Shown here: positions 23,378-30,606 of the stretch, piece after piece
How positions within the stretch are numbered: position 1 is the stretch's first letter
How the letters are laid out: every line of letters begins with the position of its first letter
From: Nitrosococcus oceani ATCC 19707
GTDB taxonomy: Bacteria > Pseudomonadota > Gammaproteobacteria > Nitrosococcales > Nitrosococcaceae
NCBI RefSeq assembly: GCF_000012805.1
Contig: NC_007484.1
Coordinates: forward strand, 450,001 to 482,000
Direction of reading: 5' to 3'
DNA: 32,000 bases
Made by a program: the position numbers and the translations under genes
Notes under the pieces: model-generated
What the model was told of the DNA's origin: nothing
The model's input: the letters and a program-made list of their open reading frames with translations, nothing else
Database searches by the model: none

Positions 23378-24433
23378 TCAGGCTTCGAAATCAATCATCG
23401 GTTTGATCATACCGTCCTCTTTTTTCTCCATCATGCGGAATGCCTTCTCGATTTCATCGAATCCAAAGGTATGGGTAGTCATCGGAGTGGGATCGATCCG
23501 CCCGGTTTCCAGCAACCTCAGTAAACGGGAGAGCCGTAGGTGTCCGCCTGGGCAGAGACCCGTCGCGATGTCCTTCTCCGCCATTCCGACGCCCCACTCC
23601 ACGCGGGGGATTTCGACAAATTCGCCATCACCATGGTAACCAGCGTTGGAGATCATACCGCCGGGCTTGGTCACCTTGACGCACTGTTGGAGCACCTGGG
23701 ATGTGCCTAGCGCATCGATGGCCGCATCCACGCCTTCGCCGTTCGTGAGCTCAAGAATCCGCTCTACCACGTCCACCTTGGTAAAGTCCACCACCTCGTC
23801 GGCCCCGAAGTGCCGGGCCAGCTCCTGGCGCTTGGGCACGCTTTCAACCGCGATCACGAAACCGGCGCCCTGCAGTCGTGCTCCCACAGTGCACATGAGG
23901 CCCACGGGTCCCTGGGCGAAGACTACGACATTGCCACCGATGGGGATTTTGGCGTTCTCTGCGGCCATGAATCCAGTGCTCATCATGTCACACACATACA
24001 CAGCCGACTCGTCTGGCACACCCTTGGGGATCAGCGCGAGGTTGGCGTCTGCTTCGTTGACATGTACGTACTCGGCAAAGGTGCCGTCTTTGATATTGGC
24101 AAACTTCCAGCCTCCCAGTGCTCCACCAGACTGCGATGAATGGCCTCCCTGGGCAGCGTCTGAACCCCAGTCCGGGGTGATAGCACCCACCGCTACCCGG
24201 TCTCCCTGTTTGAAGTTGGCGACTAGCGCTCCAACTTCCTCGACCACGCCGACAGCTTCATGTCCCAGGGTGAGGTTCTCCCGTTCTCCAACCGCACCAT
24301 GGACGGTATGCACATCAGATGTGCAGATCAGCCCCTTCGTCGGACGCAGGATCGCGTCCAGAGGCCCACAGGTCGGACGATCCTTTTCAACGACCCCCAC
24401 TTGCCCGATGTTTAACATTACGAATGCCTTCAT
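23378..24433 (-). CDS. adh: zinc-dependent NAD(P)-dependent secondary alcohol dehydrogenase
   Basis: Start at MKAF, preceded by GAGGAGG. It is collinear by eye with Thermoanaerobacter brockii-type ADH (…CTSDVHTV…GHEAVG…GGWKFAN.KDG.FAEY…GPVGLM…CPGG). Confidence 0.85.
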   Translation of the reverse strand: MKAFVMLNIGQVGVVEKDRPTCGPLDAILRPTKGLICTSDVHTVHGAVGERENLTLGHEAVGVVEEVGALVANFKQGDRVAVGAITPDWGSDAAQGGHSSQSGGALGGWKFANIKDGTFAEYVHVNEADANLALIPKGVPDESAVYVCDMMSTGFMAAENAKIPIGGNVVVFAQGPVGLMCTVGARLQGAGFVIAVESVPKRQELARHFGADEVVDFTKVDVVERILELTNGEGVDAAIDALGTSQVLQQCVKVTKPGGMISNAGYHGDGEFVEIPRVEWGVGMAEKDIATGLCPGGHLRLSRLLRLLETGRIDPTPMTTHTFGFDEIEKAFRMMEKKEDGMIKPMIDFEA

Positions 24434-24659
24434 GGAAACCTCCTCAGCTTTCGGTACCATAAACAAAATGGATCATCCATCCTGCCCATGAGCCGGTGTT
24501 CGCACGTGTGGTCACTTGTCCGCCCAACGGAGCGCATCTTTAATGAAATCCAGCAGCGGATATCTCGGTCTCTTGAGATTGCGAAACCCGTCTTCATCCA
24601 TCTTCGATCTTCCCACTCATTCAGACCGTTGCCTAAATCAATCGTAGCTTGTTGCTGCC

Positions 24660-24935
24660 TCAGCCTAACTCTAATGAACCACTTGGCCCATCATTATCAA
24701 ACCATTTTATTTCTATCTCCAAGCTATGTTGGATGCCTTTGGTTTTCTTGTCCTCGTCCTCGACTTGGACCTCCAAAATCAGATTCTCTGGGATTTGTAG
24801 CACAAGTTCTTCTGTTCCCTGTCGCAAAACAATTTTACCCTTCTCGATTCTTTCAGCAATTTGGCGCAGAAACTCACTCACTTCGGCCCGTTTCTTCGAT
24901 TCTTCACTCTTGAATAATCTGGTTTCTTTTCCCAT
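24660..24935 (-). CDS. amphi-Trp domain protein
   Basis: 91 aa. …EFLRQIAERIEKGKIVLRQGTEELVLQIPENLILEVQVEDE…LEIEIKW fits my recollection of the amphi-Trp domain family. Confidence 0.5.
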   Translation of the reverse strand: MGKETRLFKSEESKKRAEVSEFLRQIAERIEKGKIVLRQGTEELVLQIPENLILEVQVEDEDKKTKGIQHSLEIEIKWFDNDGPSGSLELG

Positions 24936-24961
24936 TTCAGTTCCTTTATTTCAAAATATTC

Positions 24962-25180
24962 TTATACATCGCCACGCGGTCCAATATGGTCTATATAGAC
25001 GACATTCTTGAGTTCATCTAGATCAGTACATGTTTTGTTTTGACTTGCTGATCTTGGGACAGTTTTCTCAAATAACGAGCAGCTTGGTGATGTACGACCC
25101 TTATCTATACATGATCAGATACTATCCAGATCTATGTAGGCGTCACATTTGCCACTCTCTCAATCTATGCGTGCTGTGTA
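24962..25180 (-). pseudogene. decayed duplicate of the relE-antitoxin locus
   Basis: Nucleotide similarity to 22866-23190 is clear by eye. The relE copy lacks ~105-110 bp internally (equivalent of 22928-23038), and only the 3' end of the antitoxin gene is retained. Confidence 0.7.
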
Positions 25181-25255
25181 TTCTTCGATGCTAGTTTGCA
25201 TCCAACGGTTACTATTCGCTTCGCGCTCATCCGCTCTCCATAATTTCATGGTGAC

Positions 25256-25356
25256 GCATAATGTCGAAGTCCGGTTGCCGCCGGAGCGGCGAAGCCTGCG
25301 GGGGGACTCAAAGCGCGGCAGCGCTTTGGGCGGTCATCTTTAGCGCTTCGTTATGC
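25256..25356. other. attC-like site flanking the HigBA unit
   Basis: GCATAAT (25256-25262) ... GTTATGC (25350-25356), with imperfectly complementary arms (GCATAA.G..GAAG… / …CTTCGTTATGC). One core reads AAT/ATT instead of AAC/GTT. Confidence 0.4.
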
Positions 25357-25644
25357 AGCGTCAAACTCGATTTTTTCGACGATATCGAGATTTACGGTAC
25401 GTTTTGCTTGCCACAAATCATAGTTATTCTGCATCGTCAACCAACTTTCGGCAGAACGGCCGAGCGTTTTGGATAAGCGGAGAGCCATTTCAGGACTAAC
25501 GCCACTACTACCCTTGAGCAGACGATTAAGCGTCGACGGCGACACGCCAAGTTTCCTGGAAAGCGTTCGGCCCGTAATATGGAAAGGTTCCATATATACC
25601 TCTCGGATGAACTCGCCGGGATGTGGGGGATTGTGCATAGCCAT
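25351..25644 (-). CDS. higA: HigA-family antitoxin (XRE HTH)
   Basis: 97 aa. MAMHNPPHPGEFIREVYMEPF…SPEMALRLSKTLGRSAESWLTMQNNYDLWQ. Confidence 0.85.
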   Translation of the reverse strand: MAMHNPPHPGEFIREVYMEPFHITGRTLSRKLGVSPSTLNRLLKGSSGVSPEMALRLSKTLGRSAESWLTMQNNYDLWQAKRTVNLDIVEKIEFDAA

Positions 25645-25922
25645 CAGTGATAATCCTCGTAATCCAGAATAAAGGCATTCCTATCGCGAAACTCGAATGT
25701 GACACGCCAATTCCCATTGACCCAAATAGACCAGCGTCCTTCATTCGAGCCTTTCAGCGAATGTAGCTTGAAACCAGGGATATCCATGTCTTCGATTGTA
25801 GTCGCAGTATCCAAAGCCACCAATTGCATTCGTAATCGTTTCGCATGCTTGGGTTGGATACCGGCTTTTGAGCCCGATTCAAAGTATCTCTGCAGCCCCT
25901 TGTGGCGAAACGATTTAATCAC
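25644..25922 (-). CDS. higB: HigB-family toxin
   Basis: 92 aa. MIKSFRHKGLQRYFESGSKAGIQPKHAKRL…WRVTFEFRDRNAFILDYEDYH. 1-nt overlap with higA. Confidence 0.85.
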   Translation of the reverse strand: MIKSFRHKGLQRYFESGSKAGIQPKHAKRLRMQLVALDTATTIEDMDIPGFKLHSLKGSNEGRWSIWVNGNWRVTFEFRDRNAFILDYEDYH

Positions 25923-25948
25923 CTAGCGATTATACCGCGTTGCGCATC

Positions 25949-26014
25949 ACGCAACAAGACATAGCGGGGCAAAGCCGCGTTCATCGGCCTGTCCGGTGCA
26001 ACGCTTTGTTATGA
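25949..26014. other. attC-like site between higB and hsdM
   Basis: ACGCAAC (25949-25955) ... L' GTGCAAC, spacer GCTTT, GTTATGA (26008-26014). Internal stem GCGGGGC/GCCGCG. Confidence 0.4.
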
Positions 26015-26040
26015 GTCCTTTCTGCTGCTCGCAATCACCG

Positions 26041-27645
26041 TCACAATATTGGCAGCCCCAATGCTTTGAGAAACTGATTATGGGTTTCTGTTGTTTGCGA
26101 TATGCGCTGCTCAATAGCGGTGAGCTTTTTATGAACGTCATCTAGGTCCACCTCTGGCTCAGGCTTAGCGGTGCTGACGTAGCGGGAAATATTGAGGTTG
26201 TCATCGTTTTTCTCGATCTCCTCCCTACTGACGCGCCGGGCGTAGCGTTCCTCTTCCTTGCGGTATTGATAGGTATCAACAATTTTATCTATGTCCACGG
26301 GCCGTAGGGCGTTTTGGCGCTTGCCTTTTTCAAAGTGCTCGCTGGCATTGATAAACAGTACGTCGTCGGGCTTTTTGCACTTTTTCAGCACCAGAATACA
26401 TACCGGTATGCCGGTGGAGAAAAACAGATTGGAGGGCAGGCCGATCACGGTATCGATGTGGCCGTCTTTCAGCAATTTGGTGCGGATACGCGCTTCCGCG
26501 CCGCCCCGAAAAAGGACGCCGTGGGGCAGGACAATGGCCATGGTGCCCTCGTCGCTCAAAAAGTGAAGGCCGTGGAGTAGAAAGGCGAAATCCGCCGCTG
26601 ATTTGGGGGCAAGGCCGTGGCTTTCGAAGCGGAAATCCTCGCCCATGGCCTCGTCGGGCTCCCAGCGATAACTGAACGGCGGGTTGGCCACGACCGCATC
26701 GCATTGGAGTTTTTTAGCGGGGTTCCTCTCGTTGAGAATAGCCCAGTCGTTTTCCAGCGTATCGCCGTGGTGGATCTGGAACTCGGTATCCTTCATGCCA
26801 TGGAGCAGCATATTCATGCGCGCCAGGTTATAGGTGGTGATATTCTTTTCCTGGCCGTAGATCATGCCGATACCCCGCGGCCCCATTTGGTTGCGCACGT
26901 TGAGCAGCAACGAGCCGGAACCACAGGCAAAATCCAGCACGCGATTAAGCTTTTTCTTTTTGCCGGTGGAGGGCTCCTGACTGTCCAGTGTCACAATGCG
27001 GGAGAGGATGGTGGAGACGCTTTGGGGGGTGTAAAACTCGCCGGCCTTTTTGCCGGAACCAGCGGCGAACTGGCCAATCAGATATTCATAGGCATCGCCC
27101 AGAATATCGCTGCCGGTGGAGAACCGTGCGATGCCCTTGGCGATTTTAGTGATGATGGTGCAAAGCTTTCTGTTTTGGTCCGCGAGGGTTCTGCCCAACT
27201 TTTCCGAACGCAGATTAATTTCCGAGAACAAGCCCTGAAAAGTGCTGGCGAAGGACTCGTTTTCAATGTGTTTAAAGCCGCCCGCCAATGTTTGCAAGAG
27301 CTCCTCATCCTGGGTGCGAGCCAGCTCGGCAATACTGCTCCATAGATAATCCGGGTGGATGACATAGTGCATCTTGCGGCGCATCTGTTTTTCAAAGGCG
27401 GCCACATCCTCGGCATTATCCTCATACCACACCGCCAAGGGCGCGCGGCGGTCGTCGTCGGCCAGCTTGGGATAGTCCGGCCCCAGTTCTTTTTTCGCCG
27501 CCGCTTCGTAGTTATCGGACAGATAGCGCAAGAACAAAAACGACAGCATATAGTCGCGGAAGTCATCGGCATTCATGGCGCCGCGCAGATCGTCGGCAAT
27601 GGCCCAAAGGGTTTTGCCAAGCTGGCTGAGTTGATCCCGGGTCAT
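26041..27645 (-). CDS. hsdM: type I restriction-modification methyltransferase subunit HsdM
   Basis: Start at MTRDQLSQLGKTLWAIADDLRG (HsdM N-terminal domain). Motif I LDFACGSGSLL and motif IV VANPPFS. 534 aa. Confidence 0.85.
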   Translation of the reverse strand: MTRDQLSQLGKTLWAIADDLRGAMNADDFRDYMLSFLFLRYLSDNYEAAAKKELGPDYPKLADDDRRAPLAVWYEDNAEDVAAFEKQMRRKMHYVIHPDYLWSSIAELARTQDEELLQTLAGGFKHIENESFASTFQGLFSEINLRSEKLGRTLADQNRKLCTIITKIAKGIARFSTGSDILGDAYEYLIGQFAAGSGKKAGEFYTPQSVSTILSRIVTLDSQEPSTGKKKKLNRVLDFACGSGSLLLNVRNQMGPRGIGMIYGQEKNITTYNLARMNMLLHGMKDTEFQIHHGDTLENDWAILNERNPAKKLQCDAVVANPPFSYRWEPDEAMGEDFRFESHGLAPKSAADFAFLLHGLHFLSDEGTMAIVLPHGVLFRGGAEARIRTKLLKDGHIDTVIGLPSNLFFSTGIPVCILVLKKCKKPDDVLFINASEHFEKGKRQNALRPVDIDKIVDTYQYRKEEERYARRVSREEIEKNDDNLNISRYVSTAKPEPEVDLDDVHKKLTAIEQRISQTTETHNQFLKALGLPIL

Positions 27646-28049
27646 GGCTTTGTCCAGTCCTCGCATCGCAGGCCGGGAACGCGTGCGAACTCGCACGTGT
27701 TGTTGGTGACCACAACCAGCCCACGGCTGCGCGCCTGTCCGGCTATCATTTGATCATACGGCCCTATCGGTGTTCCACGGCGCGCAAGTTCAGCACGGAT
27801 CTGCCCCGTGTGGCTGGCCGCTTCGACGTCGTAATCCAGCACGCTGAGACGCGCCGCCAGCCCCTCCGCAATCGCCAGATTGTGTTGCGGGTTGGCTGAG
27901 CGCTCCACGCTATACACCAGCTCCATCCAGGTCACGCTGCTGATGCACAACTGATCGGCAAACTGCTTGAAGCGCTCACGAACCCGCGCCGGTCGGTTCT
28001 TAATGGTGAAAATGCAGATGTTGGTATCCAGCAAGTAGCGCAGCATCAA
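27642..28049 (-). CDS. vapC: VapC (PIN) toxin, VagD/MvpT-like
   Basis: 135 aa. MLRYLLDTNICIFTIKNRPARVRERF…TGQIRAELARRGTPIGPYDQMIAGQARSRGLVVVTNN. Its stop overlaps the hsdM ATG (ATGA). Confidence 0.85.
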   Translation of the reverse strand: MMLRYLLDTNICIFTIKNRPARVRERFKQFADQLCISSVTWMELVYSVERSANPQHNLAIAEGLAARLSVLDYDVEAASHTGQIRAELARRGTPIGPYDQMIAGQARSRGLVVVTNNTCEFARVPGLRCEDWTKP

Positions 28050-28276
28050 AATGCCTCGCGTTCCTGCTCGTCAGGCTGGTCACGATCGTCCATGAAGTCT
28101 GGGCTGACCGCCGGGCCATCAAACCAGACGTCCCAAGCGTCACCGGCGGGGGTAATCAGCCGCGCGCGCCCGATGGCCACGATATCCACATCCGTCACGT
28201 CCGCCGGGAAGGCCACCGCCTTGGGCAGCCGCACGGCCTGGCTGCGGTTACTCTTGAACAGTTTGGTATGTTCCAT
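28046..28276 (-). CDS. vapB: VapB antitoxin (AbrB/SpoVT-type, VagC-like)
   Basis: MEHTKLFKSNRSQAVRLPKAVAFP…PDFMDDRDQP. 4-nt overlap with vapC. Confidence 0.8.
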   Translation of the reverse strand: MEHTKLFKSNRSQAVRLPKAVAFPADVTDVDIVAIGRARLITPAGDAWDVWFDGPAVSPDFMDDRDQPDEQEREAF

Positions 28277-28399
28277 GACGACCACCTCCGCACATCATTT
28301 CCTGTGTATTGGAGTTTCGCCATGACTGACTGCGGTTCGGTCCCTCCTCACCTTGTCAGCCTGGAGAATTCGCGTTTCTCAGCAGTCCTCGGGCGGCGG

Positions 28400-29554
28400 C
28401 TAGGCCACGGCCCTTGGGGGTTTTACCGCTCCACGCGCTTTAGAGGTTCCGGCGCTCCCCGCCGTACCGAAAAACAAAATATTTTTGGCTGCGTTGATGT
28501 CCCTATCGTGGGTGGCCCCACATTCACAAGCCCATGCGCGCACTTTGAGCGGCATGGACTCTTGCACAGCCCCACACGCCGAGCACGTCTTGCTGGTGGG
28601 TGCCCAGCGGTCCACGATCAACACCTCCCGGCCATACCAGGCGGCCTTGTACTCCATTTGCCGTCTGAGCTCATACAGCCCGCAATCAGCTATGGCTTTA
28701 CTCAGGCGTCGGTTTCTCAACATCCCTTGGATATTCAAATCCTCCAGGCAGATCACTTGGTTCTCGTTGACTATCTTGGAGGATTGTTGGTGCAAAAAAT
28801 CCCGGCGGCTATCGGTTATCCGGGCATGGATGCGCGCTACCCGCTGTTGCTGCTGGCGGCGACGCTGAGAGCCTTTCTTTTTTTTGCTCAGGCGACGCTG
28901 GGCCATTTTCAATTGCCGGGCATAGTGATAGGTGTATTTGGGCGCACCCGACTTCCAGCCTTCGGAAGTAATGACCACATCCTTAACCCCCACATCCACG
29001 CCGATAGCGTTCCTTCGCACAGGCAAGGGGAGAATCTCCACCTCGCAGGTCAGGCTAACGAAGTAACGGCCCGCCGGGGCTTGGCTGACCGTGACCATCT
29101 TGGGGATGCCCTCGATACCACGGGACCATCTCAACTTAACTCTGCCAAGCTTGGGCAGCTTCAACAGCTTGCTTTCAGCGTTGAAGTTCTTCGCCACATG
29201 GCGTTGGTCCAACTGATAGCGTACCGATTGCGTGTGGTGGCGCTTCTTAAAGCGGGGATACTTCGCTCGACCTGCGAAAAAGTTCCTGAAGGCCGTATCT
29301 TGGTCCCTGAGCTTTTGGGTATGGCAACTAGCGGTGGCTTCGCTCAACCAGGGGCATTGCGTCTTTTTCAGTGCCGTCAATTGGCGACTAAGACTTATAG
29401 TATTCGACGACTCCCCCTGCGCTTGATACGCCTTCGTTCGGGTTTCCAAGGCCCAATTCCACACATAACGGGCATGGCCAAACTCAAGGGCCAATTGCCG
29501 CTTTTGCGTGGGCGTTGGGTAAAACCTGAACTTGTAGGCGCATTGTATTATCAT
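28400..29554 (-). CDS. tnpB: TnpB (RuvC-like RNA-guided nuclease, IS605 OrfB family)
   Basis: 384 aa. N-terminal AYKFRFYPT, RuvC motifs GVDVGVKD, ICLEDLNIQGM and HDRDINAAKNI, and zinc ribbon CSACG…CECG. Confidence 0.85.
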   Translation of the reverse strand: MIIQCAYKFRFYPTPTQKRQLALEFGHARYVWNWALETRTKAYQAQGESSNTISLSRQLTALKKTQCPWLSEATASCHTQKLRDQDTAFRNFFAGRAKYPRFKKRHHTQSVRYQLDQRHVAKNFNAESKLLKLPKLGRVKLRWSRGIEGIPKMVTVSQAPAGRYFVSLTCEVEILPLPVRRNAIGVDVGVKDVVITSEGWKSGAPKYTYHYARQLKMAQRRLSKKKKGSQRRRQQQQRVARIHARITDSRRDFLHQQSSKIVNENQVICLEDLNIQGMLRNRRLSKAIADCGLYELRRQMEYKAAWYGREVLIVDRWAPTSKTCSACGAVQESMPLKVRAWACECGATHDRDINAAKNILFFGTAGSAGTSKARGAVKPPRAVA

Positions 29555-29589
29555 ACATCAATTGTAAAACCATTGTATGGTGCTATCAA

Positions 29590-29742
29590 ATGGCTAGGGA
29601 GTTACTCAATGTTCGTATCGATGCTGAGCTTAAAAATCAACTCCAAGCGTTGGCTAAGAGGGAAAACAGAACGCTATCGAATTTGGTCGAGACGGTGCTG
29701 GCCAATGACGCAAAACGCGAATCCATGGCGAAACGAAAGTAA
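29590..29742 (+). CDS. small ribbon-helix-helix (CopG/Arc-type) protein, divergent from tnpB
   Basis: 50-aa ORF not in the track: MARELLNVRIDAELKNQLQALAKRENRTLSNLVETVLANDAKRESMAKRK. It shows a classic RHH beta-strand plus two-helix pattern. Confidence 0.5.
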   Translation: MARELLNVRIDAELKNQLQALAKRENRTLSNLVETVLANDAKRESMAKRK

Positions 29743-29867
29743 GGCGGCCCTCGCGCTCCGTGCGCCGTTTCACTTCGCATCGCCGCTAGGGGGTCATCGT
29801 ACATCCCTGTACTCCTTCAATGCTAGGGAAATTGTTTGGATATGTCAATAGGATATACACTAGTATC

Positions 29868-29963
29868 ATAATCGCGGAAGTCGTCGGCGTTCATGGCCTC
29901 GCGCAGGTCGTCGGCGATGGCCCAAAGGGTTTTGCCCAGTTGGCTGAGTTGATCCTTGCTCAT
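29868..29963 (-). pseudogene. hsdM: 5' fragment of a second hsdM allele
   Basis: MSKDQLSQLGKTLWAIADDLREAMNADDFRDY matches the first 32 aa of the full HsdM at 29 of 32 positions. DNA identity is roughly 85-90% by eye. Homology stops abruptly at the IS boundary. Confidence 0.75.
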
Positions 29964-29998
29964 GGGTAGCGTTCTTCTATGGATTGGATGATATTTTT

Positions 29999-30289
29999 CT
30001 ACCAATGCTCGGGCAAACGCCTTGAGGTATGAAACACACGCAGAACCTCGATCTGTTGCAGGCGCGGCCTCACGCGATAGGGCACAAGATAGTGCGTATC
30101 AGCAACCACCAGTTCACGCGTACCCGGCACTCGGCCTGGTCGGCCCAGCGCCGGATTATCGGACAGCAAGTTGATGGCATCCACAATGGTTTGCACCACC
30201 CGCCTGGCGGCGGCCGGGTTGTCTTGAGCAATATAGGCGGCTTCCGCATCAAGGTTTTGCAATGCCTTGTTCAACCACTTAACTTCCAC
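29999..30289 (-). CDS. parE: ParE/RelE-family toxin
   Basis: 96 aa. …AAARRVVQTIVDAINLLSDNPALGRPGRVPGTRELVVADTHYLVPYRV…IEVLRVFHTSR is typical of ParE. Confidence 0.75.
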   Translation of the reverse strand: MEVKWLNKALQNLDAEAAYIAQDNPAAARRVVQTIVDAINLLSDNPALGRPGRVPGTRELVVADTHYLVPYRVRPRLQQIEVLRVFHTSRRLPEHW

Positions 30290-30521
30290 CCACTCGCCAC
30301 TTACTCAGGGTTTGGCTGACAGCCTGTTGCGAGGCAAAGTCGCCCTGGTCGGCTTCCTTGATAGCGCTTTCTATTTCGCCTACCTGCCATTCGTTCAGCT
30401 CGATAAAGTCTTGCAACGCCTGCACGGCAAGAAAAGATTTGGAACGGTGCATCGCCTTAGCCAACTGATCCAGGCGATTTTTGAGTTCCGGATCAAGGCG
30501 CAATGTCATGGTTGTGGTCAT
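30279..30521 (-). CDS. parD: RHH antitoxin (ParD/CopG-like)
   Basis: Start at MTTTMTLRLDPELKNRLDQLAKAMHRSKSFLAVQALQDFI. 11-nt overlap with the toxin gene. Confidence 0.65.
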   Translation of the reverse strand: MTTTMTLRLDPELKNRLDQLAKAMHRSKSFLAVQALQDFIELNEWQVGEIESAIKEADQGDFASQQAVSQTLSKWRVGGS

Positions 30522-30606
30522 GGAAATACCCTCATGTGTTCTTTTGTATACAATAGCACACATGCCAGATACCGGCAAATCCGGTTAGCGTATTGGGGCA
30601 ATCGAG

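Larger units (their letters stand above)
28290..29867 (-). mobile_element. IS200/IS605-family TnpB-only element (IS1341-like); ends approximate
   Basis: It contains tnpB. The upstream boundary is inferred from where the hsdM 5' fragment loses homology (after …CGCGATTAT at ~29868). The downstream boundary is unknown, somewhere between the tnpB stop at 28400 and the vapB start at 28276. Confidence 0.5.

Noticed and set aside
23403-24491. Plus-strand ORFs (78, 281 and 109 aa) overlapping the adh gene
   Set aside because: They are antisense shadows of a confidently identified Zn-ADH. Their Ser/Thr/Pro-rich translations carry no motifs. The same reasoning applies to plus-strand ORFs over hsdM (26291-27753), to ORFs antisense to the BNR gene (16072-16602), and to those antisense to ybbP/ybbA.
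24440-24660. Short minus-strand frame MDEDGFRNLKRPRYPLLDFIKDALRWADK* between the amphi-Trp gene and adh
   Set aside because: It is only 29 aa, is followed by stops in all continuations, and has no recognisable family. It may be a gene remnant or part of the adh promoter region.
28268-29851. 527-aa plus-strand ORF, the longest ORF in this region
   Set aside because: It lies antisense to tnpB and crosses the vapB start and the RHH gene in other frames. Its composition is Pro/Arg/Gly/Leu-rich and shadow-like with no motif. The minus-strand TnpB call explains the region.
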